DNA of 64,000 bases. Origin: Iphione sp. A-MEVVRFRX5. Its lineage: Eukaryota. The notes under the pieces were generated by a model, which ran no database searches, was not told where the DNA came from, and saw nothing but the letters and a program-made list of their open reading frames with translations. This document shows positions 34,300 to 46,484 of the stretch, piece after piece. The stretch lies in the NCBI GenBank assembly GCA_976226885.1, contig OZ320317.1:38626001-38690000 (forward strand), written 5' to 3'. Made by a program: the position numbers and the translations under genes. The stretch's first letter is position 1, and the number at the start of each line of letters is the position of its first letter.

Positions 34300-34622
34300 A
34301 TGTAATTTCAAGGCAAGTGGAAGAACTAGGCGATGTAGCCTGGGTAAGGTATTGTACCTGAAGAAACCAAGGAAGAGTCTGTACCAAAAAAGCTTCCTGT
34401 ACCAGGGTGCATTATTGTGGAATTCTATAAGGATCCCTGGTAAGGAAAAATGTCAAAAAAATCCAATCATTGCTGTGATGTTCAGGAATACTTGACACTA
34501 TCCTATTATATATGTCTTTTCGTCCATTTCTGTATTATCACTCTCCACTGGCGGATCTCGATGGGTTATATTATGTGGCCAAAGAGATGTGAAAATAAAC
34601 CTCTTGTATCTTGTATCTTGTA
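34300..34622 (+). mobile_element. 3' fragment of a CR1/L2-group LINE
   Basis: LYLKKPRKSLYQKSFLYQGALLWNSI (RT C-terminus), AATAAA at 34594, and a (TCTTGTA)3 tail. Confidence 0.7.
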
Positions 34623-35206
34623 AATGGAATTTTCCTAGCCAGTCAAAGTTCAGTACAAGTAAAGCAATGTATTAGGTCAATCTGCTTAGTTGTAGTAACT
34701 TGATTGAAGTTGCCTAGTTATTGGAGCCATAATAAAATATTAGTGTGTATCATATGGGACAGAGTGCCACAGGTTAAACTCTCCCTAATAGGAAATACAT
34801 GTATAGTGGCACCACGACTAGGCCCATTGATGAGTGAACACCCTACACTCTACAATACCGTATCAGGTTTATCCCAGGTATGATGCATATAAGGGTAGAT
34901 TCGAAGTTAACATTTTACTTTTACTGACCTCACTGACAGCCTCTTACACTTTTATGTATCCATCCAGTAATTCCACCATCTACACACTAAAGCACTCTCA
35001 TCCATTTAAGGGATCGATGCTAAAAATGCCAAGAAACGTTGCGTCATTGGCTCCACTCTGCACACTCGCCAAAGAGATAAAATACACGATGGAGAGCAAA
35101 TGACATCTGCCGTGTGGGTTGGTTGAGAAATGTCTGAACAGTGAGCACTTCTGTGTACTGGTATGGAGAAGGGAGTGTAACATTTCTGTATTGAAAGCAG
35201 TAAGTA

Positions 35207-35367
35207 CAGTGGAACCTCTCTACTATGAACAGCACAAGGACTGACCAAAACTGTCCATAAAGAGAGGTGTCCTTTATAGCAGGGATATTTAAACATGATT
35301 ATATAGATTTGGTTCTGTTCCCAGCCTTCACGTAATGTGAGGTGTCTTTTATAGAGGGGTTCCACTG
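35207..35367. mobile_element. pogo/Tigger-type MITE (161 bp)
   Basis: TIRs CAGTGGAACCTCTCTA / TAGAGGGGTTCCACTG, flanked by TA on both sides. Confidence 0.8.
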
Positions 35368-37297
35368 TACACATCAGAATACAATCGGGTTGGGTGGAAA
35401 TAAATTTCAGGTAATGTGACTGCACTACCAGAACATGACTTTGTATTTATAGATAGTAGAGGAAGCAAGATCCACAGTAATTAATGCATGGCTATACGAA
35501 GTAAAGGGGCTCCATTGTACTAACAGTGCCAACAAGAGGGATACTACTTGTGTTCCCCATTTGAAGCTCGTATTTCCTAATATCATGTTTATTTATACAT
35601 ATTTTGTCACATATTTTTCTATTGTGTACGATTTTTAATATTATATAACTACTGCTAGGCTCCCTAAACTCCATGCAGACGAAATGAACTCACGTTGTTC
35701 ATTTTTGGACTTGGACTGCAGTGCCGTTTCTAAAAACAAATATGTGAAGGTCATGTTCTACTGGATAATAACAAAAATATGAATGAATAGGGTTCTGCTT
35801 TAAAAGGCCTTTATAGCAGGTAGGGATTGCAGGTAAAATGGAATGCTGAGTAAATGACTAAGGCCATTCCCTTAACTATGGGGAAAGATGGCTGCTCCGT
35901 ATGCAGGTCCAACGCCCACGCACATAGCTCACAGTCAAAATGAGGTCGCAACTACGCCACATGTAACTCTCATTTGAATCCTTCAACCAGGGGCCATTCA
36001 TGAGACGCTTCGTAGCCTTGCTTTGGTTCGTGCTGTAATCTATCACCAAACCGCACAGACACGAAAATCTCCATAAAACGTTGCATATATCATACCGATT
36101 CCCAAAATAGACCGATTGGAGAGTATGGCCAAGGCTTGATGGTCATTACAGAGCGTGCCTGTATCTGTCGCTGTGCCTATATTACCTCTGGCCGCCAATT
36201 TGTGTTTTATCCACTGAGACGCAAGTCAGACTGTATGATTGATGACACCTGGTGTTCGGAAAGTTAATTAGCCAAAGATGGCGCAACCTGGATGTTGTAG
36301 ACACTGTGCACATTTACTCCGGATTAAAAAAAAGGTTTTATTACTGCATTACCAGCTTAGATAGAATACTATATGATGTCTGCACTCCGTCATCCTGATC
36401 GGATTATACCTTGCAAATAAAAAGTCTTTGTAACGACTAAGGTTAGGTCGAAACAAAGGAACGGCAGTATGAAGAAGATTGCAGGAATATGTTCCTATGC
36501 CTTGACTTAGTTCGATTGCAACACAAAACGAAGCTTGTCACATGATTATCCACAATATTCTTTTAAAGCTCCCCGTTGAATAAATGTTGTTTCGACATAG
36601 CAGCGGGTGCCATTAACTCGTGTGCACCGGCACCGTGGTGCCATATCCTGAACATATTAGTCATTTAGACCGGGCGTGATGCCCCCAATCGAAATAACGC
36701 AGCAACATCATACTTGTCTCGAAACGTTTCAGATATGATTTTAATTGTGGGTTCAGTGTGATGTTGTCCCTAATTTCTGCGATGCAAGAACCAGTTTTCG
36801 TCCAGCGAGAAGCAAGAAGGTAAATCTTTCTTTCTGACACCCTCCCAACGTGCATATATTGTGTAAGGCGTTCACGCTGCTCGTCCGAGCAGCTCAAGGT
36901 TGACGATCGACACGGTTGAAGGTTAGTCAGTCTGTCTCCTTCCTGCCTGTCACAGTCGAACGTTAAAAAAATAGCAATATACTCATTACCATGCCCTTTA
37001 CGTCTTGGCGGGTGAAAACATGTACATTCTTCTGATACACATTCATGATTGTACTAATGCAGACAAAGGTGGATAGCTCAACACCAGTCCTTGGCTTGGA
37101 AAGGAGCAGATGAGCTTTGAGAGGTAGGTGTCTAGTGTTGGTGTGAGTGGGACTCTATCCCCTTCTTTGTGCACAACGTATAGGCAGGGCCGTTGGTTCT
37201 GACCAGCCTGTAGCCCAAACTGAGTGGTGCCAGTTCTGAGGAAGGGTTTGGGACCCCTGACTTATAAAACATTTATGTTTGTTGTACAGTGTAGTCC

Positions 37298-37847
37298 AGA
37301 CACCCGCGGTCGGCCCAACCACTGTTACCCTGGTACTTGGGGGTGTCAGTGACATGCTTGTGAGTATACAAACTCGTCACATAAGTCAGTACAATTTGGA
37401 AGACTTTTCTGTGGTGTCCCCCCACAGGTTGAAGCAGTTTTCGTGCTGCCAGACACCGGTGGTCAGCCCAACCACTGTAACCCTGGACTGGGGGATGAGT
37501 GATGTGGTACCGAGTGAACCCACCACAGCTGGTTGCACACCCACTCACACCATGCTGACACCTGTCAATCATCGTTACGTCTCTCTCAGCCAAGTTGGCA
37601 TCTGCCCGCCATTGTTTTCCCCCAGCCCAACATTAAATATACTTCAGGGGGGGAGGGCCCTGAGGACAACCATTTTGTTGGTGGACAGAAAGTTAGATTA
37701 AGCCAGCAATACTCGAAGACTCGAGTGACAACTACCCATCCACTTTTGGACTTCGGTCCTCTACCCTGGTCGGTAGAGCCTGTGTGCAGCACACCGGTAG
37801 GCATCCCAGCCCACTGTAACCCTGACAAGGGGGGGGTGAGTGACTTG
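37298..37847. repeat. Three dispersed imperfect ~58-bp direct repeats
   Basis: CACC.G..GGTC.GCCCAACCACTGT.ACCCTGG...GGGGG.G..AGTGA at about 37298, 37450 and 37790. Confidence 0.7.
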
Positions 37848-40800
37848 CACTTTAGTATTGGGCTGCCTAACCAGTGAAGCCCCTGGCACAATTTGCCTAA
37901 TCTACAACTGTAACCATAATAAGATCTTTATTAAAGAAGTTTCTGCACTTCTATTCTAAGCCGTTCTCCTCAACAGGCTGAGCAAATGGCACGGACTGGA
38001 AAATAGACACTGGTTCTCAGCAACTGAACGGACTCAGCAAACCACCAGGGAAGCATACACGGCGTATTACTGGGAACATCAGACCAGGTGTCAAAGCTGT
38101 TAGTTGAAGGATCTCATACCCACATGTACCCACACCCTCTCCCCTCTTTGAAGGTCAGCGTACCAACCACTAACAACATGCAGGACGTGACTTTCCAAGC
38201 TCACTCATGGATTGTGTACTTATACGTCCATGTAGAAATCCTTGGACCAAATGTTTCATACAAATAATAGAGGAGCATTATCATAGGGTTATCCTATATA
38301 ATGCGGTCCATAGAAGAACACATACAGTCTACACACTTAGGATTTTCACGTGGCTTAATTAGAACTAGAAGGGCACAATGTGTTACAGTAAAGCCTTGGT
38401 AAAAGAGAGCAAACAGAGATCACAGAGAGATAGTAGAAACAGATAAGACCCAGAAATCTAAGAATAAAGATATTTCCATAGGGAAATATATCAAGACGGC
38501 CTCACATTCAACACATCTTAACACAGACTGCCGCATAACAGGCGCGGGAAACATTGCTCACTAAACAGGCCAGCAAAGGCGGGCTTGCCATTTTTTTCTG
38601 GTCATTTTTGTTCTTTTTATCTGACGCAATATTTTTAATATATACCCGAAGTTTCAGCACTCATATATTAGAAATTTCCACCATACCCAACAACGTAACT
38701 CTCTCCCTAAACTGAAAGCAGTTCTTGTTGATGATTAGAATTGCAGGTGTAAATGACAAAAGTATGTGGACAGAGTAGGATGGCAGTGACACCCCGTGAT
38801 TGGTTTTATAGCTGGCTAGATGGAGGTCCAGGAATTCCTAGGCTGATAGAACTTCAGACGGAGTGCCCTCACTGCACCTAATTAAAGCCCACATTTGATA
38901 GGAAAAACATTTCCACATTCATAACTGGATTGTTCCTCGTGTCCTACAGAAGAACGCTCCAGTTCTGCGTACAAACAGCGCAGAACTGTGAATAAAATAA
39001 GATTTGAGCAAGATGGCACTCAACCTGTTTTTGACTACAGTCCTTTTGTTTAGCTCCAACTGGCAGGCTCCATGTAATGTAACTACATTTGTGGAATGAT
39101 TCATATCACACTAATTATATGACAGTGAGTTCTACGTTGCTGGCTCCAGGTCATACGTGATCCCTTTGGACAATTCGTAATATGGACTAGTTTGACATAC
39201 TGTGTATGACGAGGCTAGTCCAGAAGAAAACCGTAGAAACGTGGCAGACTGAATGTTTATTTCCTCCGTGTCAGCTTTGAATCTAAAGGGCTGCCACATT
39301 TACGTAAGCTGTCAGTTATCAATTGCCAGCTCTCCGACAAAAACATATCGCCTTGAGTAATTTGAAATGGACCGCAAGACTTCTGAAATGGACATTTCCA
39401 ATTCGTCAAAAATACAGACCAATTTTTTTTTCAAAATACACACAATGTGATTCTGTGTCGCTTCTCGCTGAGAACACACACACCAGACACACACACGTAG
39501 TAGTTGGTATATTATCAACGTCCTTCATTAACTTCACACTCCATTCGACCATCATCTTTCAGAAATACATAGCAGACCAAGGGGCCCTTATAAATACTAT
39601 GTGATAGCTATCATCCATATTTTTGTACTGGATCTTAAAATGCCGCTCTACCAGTCGAAGATGTTATTTCTCAAATGATTCTACTGCAGGGGATTAAATA
39701 TTTGTTGTATCCAAATATACACTCCGCGCAATTTTATGGCTAGTGATGTGAAACTAGCTTAATAGACAGAAATACGGTCATCAAAGACGCTTCCGGTGTA
39801 CGTTGTGTATACTACATGATCGGATTCACTCATTAGATATTTTCTGAATGAGTTGAAAAATACAATGATCTTATTTGATCGTTGTATAGAATATGTAGCT
39901 TTGCGTGCTTGAAGCCCTGATAACCTCATATGTCCAAAGATTTCTGGTGTTCTGATGACTCTCATGTTTTTTTTTTCTCTGACTTCTGGCTGGTTAGCTT
40001 TGGTAAAATAACAGAAGCATCTAATGAAGCAGCGTTTGAATCAGCTGCCATTTTGGCAAACATTATGACCATCATCATTACACAACCAAATTTAAATGTG
40101 GTGTAATTTAACTTTTACACCATATTACACCAAGACTGATGCTGTTCCACTCAGATACTGAGCTCAGTCGAATGATTTCATATCCGTTCGTTGAAACTTC
40201 AATGGCTTCTGCTGTCCTTTCATACACGGTTTACGAGTTGGCACACTGATGCAGGAGCCACGCAGCGTGCGTTCCGTACACTCTCTTTCTCAAGGAACCA
40301 ATATATGACCTTTGGGTGATCGTGGTTGACGATCCCCGGGAATGGTTCCTTAGGAATCTCCAGCACTAACTGTATCATGGGTGACAGCAAAAATCTTCGC
40401 CCCTGTCACCAGTATTTGGCTCCTCGAATCTGAATTTCGGTACTCCTTGCAATGCAATATACGTGTTCTCTTCCTAACAGAGGTGACAAAATTATGTTTT
40501 TTTCTTCAATGCAGTTTCCGTGAACGGCAGGTCCTCTGTCACTGGTGTAACGTTTCATTTATTGTACCCTTGATCAATATCTTGACCTTTGTCAAGCCTA
40601 GGTTCATCACTATTGTTTTCCGATTCAATCATTTCTCTACTACTTGACAGCAGGGGCTGGCCAAATACGCCATCTTGTAGTTTAGCAATACCTGCTACAT
40701 TGCACTGACAGATTATTAGCTTGACTGTTGGACACTTACCTAGGATGGGTACGAATGATCATAACAGGACACCGTAGAAAAGCAAGCTCTGAAAGGCGAG

Positions 40801-42223
40801 TCCATGCTAAGATACCGCCGAGTCTTTTTCCCCTTGTCACTTGCAGTTCAAGGACATAGTAAGTGAACGTCCAGACAGAAATGCCTCGAACGTGCCCCCC
40901 ACCCCCGCCGCGTCCCTAATACCTGCTCTGATCACTGCGGCTAGCGACCGGGATGTGGTTCTATCAATCTGCGTTAGGTTCGACGGCCAGTATTGCGAGT
41001 TAGGTACAGCAGGCGCCTCCCTTCGTGTCAGGGTCATTCTGGGTACGATTACGTTGTGGCGTGTCCTCTGTACCAGTGCAGTCGAAAGGTGACTGTTGAG
41101 AGTCTCTCACATCGACGGACCTACGACCTGCCCTCTCACCTTCCTCTCTATGTCTGTATTCCTCACCCGAAGTCACGCTGGCTTTGTCCGGGAAATGGAG
41201 TCACATTAAAATATTTCATTTTCGGTAACAAAAGGCAATTTGAAGGTGTTATATCAAACTAAATACCATTTGAACACCTCTGCTTTTATTCGCCCGTCTG
41301 TTTGCCTACCTCTGCATGTTTACCCATTTCTCTTCTTTGCTTCTCCTCTCTTTTTTCTAGATCTCGCAAAAACCTCTTCTTTACAATGACATAACGTAAC
41401 GATTAACACTCTAGACAGTCTGTCCTACTCCCACATCCATACACTGCCGACCTTGCTGGAGGGGCACACTAACTGGCCAGGTCATTGGGTTCGGCTGACG
41501 GGTGCCCTTTACTAACCGAGCGACTAAAGCAGTAAGGGGTGGCCAATAACGAGGGGATGTAAGCATGTGTAACCGGCCACCCTCCCTTTACAACCCTCTC
41601 AACATAGGCAGAGTCAATGCCACCACTCTTTGCTAGGACTTGTACGTAGCTAGCTTATCGACAGAATATTGTACTTGTAGATATCAGACGGACATTTACA
41701 TTGCTGACTGTATGTATTACAGCCTGACAACAGTTAAGTATGCCCATGATAACAGCTATTACTACTTAGAATATGCGTGACTGCCATTTCCAGTCTATCT
41801 ACTCAATTTGATACAACTCTGATTTATTTAATCTCTCTGTATTCAGAATCCATTAAGTTTCTGAAGCTATGCTATCGACAAATTTTATCAAACTAATTAC
41901 AAGATTATACCATGTGGGGTGGAAATTCTCCAGCGTAATTAATAGCAAATATTAAGATTTAATATTACTGCTTGTAATGATCATTTAGATTTGGTCAGTA
42001 TTTTTTATGCATTATCATTGAAGAGAGTAATTAGTTTCAAATACCTTCGTCTCACCGGCCAGCGCCATCGCTGTAATTTGGTTCTTTAGCAATGGGGAAG
42101 TCCTGGAACAATTTACACTGTTTGATTAGATTCTTTGTTTTGTGCATTGCAGATATGAAAATTTAAGACTCGTTTAAAAGACTCCATCCAGGCAATTTGG
42201 CGGCTAGATGAAATTATAAGTCT

Positions 42224-42351
42224 CACGTGACCATCACACCAATCATGATTGGCTAGTGTATCTGCTGAAGGATTACTCAAGTTACACTTCTACTGAGAGA
42301 ATCGCCTTACAACTGGATCCATTACAAGACTGGTAAGTTCAACGCCATTTT
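42224..42351 (+). promoter_or_regulatory. Promoter/first-exon-like motif cluster
   Basis: CACGTGAC E-box (42224), palindromic CCAATCATGATTGG (42239-42252), G|GTAAGT donor (42333) and CGCCATTTT YY1-like motif (42343). No downstream gene was identified. Confidence 0.3.
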
Positions 42352-45162
42352 GAATCTTCCAACTGAATCTTCACAACTGAATGAAATATTCTACACCTAA
42401 ATTTGCCATCTTCGTATTTCCATTCTATTCTACGTTCGTAGAACAAAAGTGGCGCTCCGCTCTGAAGTCATCTGCATGGTCCTTCTCTACGTCCATCATA
42501 AATTTTCTAACAGGGCGCGGTTTATCCTCCGCGTGAACTATAATTATATGAAAGAAACCTGTAGACATATGACATTACAGTATTATACTGTTTGAATGTC
42601 TTGAGGTACTGTGTATTTCTGTATCTGTTGAAATAAGGTTTCCAAACTAGCTGATACCAATGCTGAGCATGCGATATATGCTGGAATGGAATATTATTGC
42701 TACACATATTAGATATACTCCAGAGCATTGGTGGCTTTGCCGCTCGCAACTCAGCAATCATATAAAAACATAAGTATTAGCAGAAGTTTGAGATTACACA
42801 TAACACGTGTATACATGAAATTTGTATAATTCATCGTACAGAGAAGAAAGAATTGAAACTTTTCCCACGAGTGCTTCAAGTTAATTAATTATTCCCCCTG
42901 AAGAAGAAGGCGGGATCATTCTGAAGAATAAAACAGAAAACCAGCCACTTGAAGCCAATGAAATCCGCATTTAGAAGACGTAGTGATATTGTCGAATTCG
43001 GCACGATCAACAAGCACGACATTCTAGATAGAATAGCGGGCGGGGAAGCGACCAGTTCGGGGGTGGAGGTTCTGCTCAGTGGTACGTGTGACTCATATGC
43101 ATCATTTGCGATCAGTGTCAACGCCGACTCCGCCGGAGCAGTTACATGCCTACCACAATCCGGCCAGAAAATAACATTCCATTAGAGAGAATTAATAGAC
43201 GGATGCTCGAAACCCGGAATGGAGCCGCATCACAAGTGGTGTCCTGCCACGACCGTTAGAGAAACGGCGAAGCTTACTAAAATTCAAACGCAATGCGATG
43301 TGAAAGGTTGCATGACAGGACAAAGTCGTATGAAGCTTTTAGGAATGCAATTAAGGTTTGGTGATTAAATGGAAGCAATGGGCTGCGGCTGTCGATCGCA
43401 GCTAGGGCGCGGGAACACAATGAAGAGTACTAGATAAAGCCTAGGGGGCTGCATGGCCCTGCTATCTGTGTTGGCAGATAACGTCTCTGCTACTGTTGGC
43501 AGCAGCCAAGCCAGTGATCCGATACAGCTATTTTGAGGAGACAATTGACAGTTTCGGGTCATAGGCTATCCGCAACGCAAAAGCCAAATCGTACCGCAAA
43601 TAGGAGAATTAGGTTCTACGCAACAAATACTGTCGTCTTGTATCCGGGATGTAATCATACCAATTTTCTACTGAAGTATGGGACTGCAGGACAATCACGA
43701 CGAAGCGTATTTTCATGGGTTTTATATAGCTGTCATTGGCAACTGAATGAAATCCAAAAACAACCCGAGGTATCATGGCGTGTGCACATGTGTTTGGACT
43801 GGAGGGTAGTGAGTGAAAGGCATAACAACAAGAAATATAAGAACGATTCGAAACTAGGAAGTTTACATCAGGGGCAGGTGTAGTATCAGGATGAGCGCAC
43901 TACGTGTTTACCGTGTGGTGTGTTGGCTAGCTTTTCAAACGGAGGAAACACCCGTCTCTAGAGTAGAGCATGCTAACAATAGGGAAGTGGTGATTCGGTA
44001 CGTTGACGTGAAATAGGCGAAGCGGTACTCGAGATCCTGATGATCATTTCTAGACAGCTTTAAATGATGCCGAGGTGTCTTTCATTTCCGAGATGACTTC
44101 TTCAGCGGTTAAAGAATAACTCTTGCTTCCGCTTCGTCACCTGTACGTGGGGTAATACTTATGTATTACACGATTGATCAACCGGACAAAAAAGTAACTC
44201 GGCGCTAACGTGGTTTCTGCCTCCTTGTCTTTGTCAGAGCAGAATATGGTACAATGCTATAAAATGACAGATATTCATTAGCGACAGGGATTAACCAGTG
44301 TCCTTGCCCGCGCTGCCAGAGGAGAAAAAAATGACGACATTCCAAAGCAGCTTTATTGGTTGGAGATAGAACTCACTGACTTGACTTGCTTTCCATAAAA
44401 CGCTGTCTGTTAGACATGAACACAAAATTTTGTTATATGTGTGTTGGGACAATAACTACAGAAAATGAAAGTTATAAAGTCCCTGTTAATTCAACATGTC
44501 ATACATGTACGCCTGGCAGACTTGGACCCATTGGAAACTTGCGCAGTAAAATTAAGTGCCGTTTATGTTAATTTGCGTGGCAAAATATGTCAATGCAGTG
44601 GATAATCCATCTCACTTAAACATACGAAAATATTCGTATTGATATTAATCTGGCGCCATTCAGAAGAGAGCTGTTGTTCCACTTAGAAATCAGTTGTTGC
44701 ATGCTGATAAAGCGTTTTTCAGTTCACCTTAGCTACTAATCAATTACATCCGACATACACTTGAGACTGTTATATTTATATGCATATATCTATATGTAGT
44801 ATTATTGTAATGAGCACACAATGCATTAATTTTTCCCATCTCCGTCTTAACATAAGTTCATTGACTGACTTAATTAATGGATTATTAGCTAATAGATCAC
44901 AAACTACATATATTTATAGAATGAAACTTTTTTTAGACCAACTCCTGTTGGTTATACAAAGGGAAGTCGAAATCCAAACACTCGAAAACCGAATTTTCCC
45001 AAAACTGAATGGTTTTTCTGGGAACCAACCATTTTCCTGTATTTAACAACTCACATATTTGAAATATTCAATTTCCGAATCTGAACGCTGTTATTTGGTC
45101 AAAATACATTGAAATTATATTCAAAAACTGAATGCTCTGTCTTCCATGTTTGTAATAACAGT

Positions 45163-45390
45163 GAGCCTGGTTGCTCTCCCCCATGTTCGCTACCGTTTGA
45201 TGAGCTCGCCCATCGGCAAGTCTGGTCGCTCTCCCCTAAGTTTGTTATAAATCAAAGGGAAACTCTACTGTTTGATGAGCTCACACATTGGCAAGTCTGG
45301 TTGCTTTCCCCCAAGTTTGTTATCAATCAAAGGGAAATGCTACTGTTGGATGAGCTCACACATCAGCGAGTCCGGTCACTCTCCCCCAAT
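45163..45390. repeat. 75-bp tandem repeat, ~3 copies
   Basis: GATGAGCTC recurs at 45199, 45274 and 45349. Confidence 0.9.
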
Positions 45391-45421
45391 AAGAGCTAGA
45401 TTTGGGCTGTGACCTCCTAAA

Positions 45422-45623
45422 CTAAGAGAACAAAGAGTGACTAACAAAGGTTTATCCACCCTTTATCCACACTTTCTCCCTGAAATTTGCCATTTGTTGG
45501 CACATTCTTGCTGAAATTTGCTGGTTTTTGGCATTTCTCCGTGAAATTTACCATAATCTCCATGAAATACTCATTTTTCGGCACTTTCTCCATGGAATTT
45601 GCCACAATCTCCATTTTTCCCTG
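45422..45623 (-). repeat. Interspersed repeat with internal subrepeats; inverted relative of 21786-21920
   Basis: The reverse complement begins CAGGGAAAAATGGAGATTGTGGCAAATTCCATGGAGAAAGTGCC. It is possibly one end of a non-autonomous DNA transposon. Confidence 0.7.
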
Positions 45624-46448
45624 CCTTAGGCAACTATTCAAAATCCGAATTATCCCCAAACCGAACAATTTTCATGGAAACGGCGATCGTTCGGTTTTGG
45701 AATTCTCTCTTTATGTGCCTCTACCAGAAAAAAACGCTTATGTGAACTCGAATTTTAAAATACTTTGATATATATGCGTGATGTCATGAGACCCCCTCTA
45801 GTGATGAGACCCTTAGTATCCTTTGAGAATTGTTGAAGATCTTCAATTTGGATGTATCAGCTTCAGGAAGGTGGCCACTGACTGCTCAAAGGAATCATAT
45901 TTTGAAGTTATAGGTAGTGAGATGTTGTACTGATCACAGCTCTGCTTTCCGCATTTCTACAGAAATGTAACGGTATGTATGTGTACAGCTATGTGAACGT
46001 AATTGACATGAAAGAGCGAGAAGAAGTGAAAAGGGTTATCACTAAGAACTACAAGGGAACAGTGGGGAATATTCGAAATACTGGCAGAATCTTGAAATGT
46101 TCAGTAGTATATAGGCCAAAACCTGCTTTGCTGCTTTCCCTTCTTGGGGGCCGACTTCCGTCGATAGTTGGCATCGTACTTGGTTCATTTCGAGAACGTG
46201 AGCAGTATAAAGAAATGTCGGTTTTCCACGTCGACTCAACAGGTGACAGTGTCCCCAAAGCCGTCAAGCTTTCTCCACTGCCCCCAAGCAGGTGTACTAC
46301 CACTCTATGCTGCGTCAGACGGAAATTAGGTCGGCCCTTTTAATAGTTCAGGGCGTTAGGGAGGTCCCTAGCTATTTTTAGCCCGCACGAATTGAGTAGG
46401 GCGGCGCCGGGCTCGAAATGAATCGGACGAAATCTACGGACGACGGCG

Positions 46449-46484
46449 GCGGCAGCGGCAGCGGCAGCGGCAGCGGCAGCGGCA
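46449..46484. repeat. (GCGGCA)6 hexanucleotide repeat
   Basis: Read directly from the sequence. Confidence 0.95.

Noticed and set aside
43190-43360. Possible RTE-like LINE 3' remnant
   Set aside because: The motif similarity is too weak to support by eye.
37298-45390. CRISPR-like reading of the 58-bp and 75-bp repeats
   Set aside because: The repeats are divergent, spacers are irregular or absent, there are no cas genes, and the context is eukaryotic.
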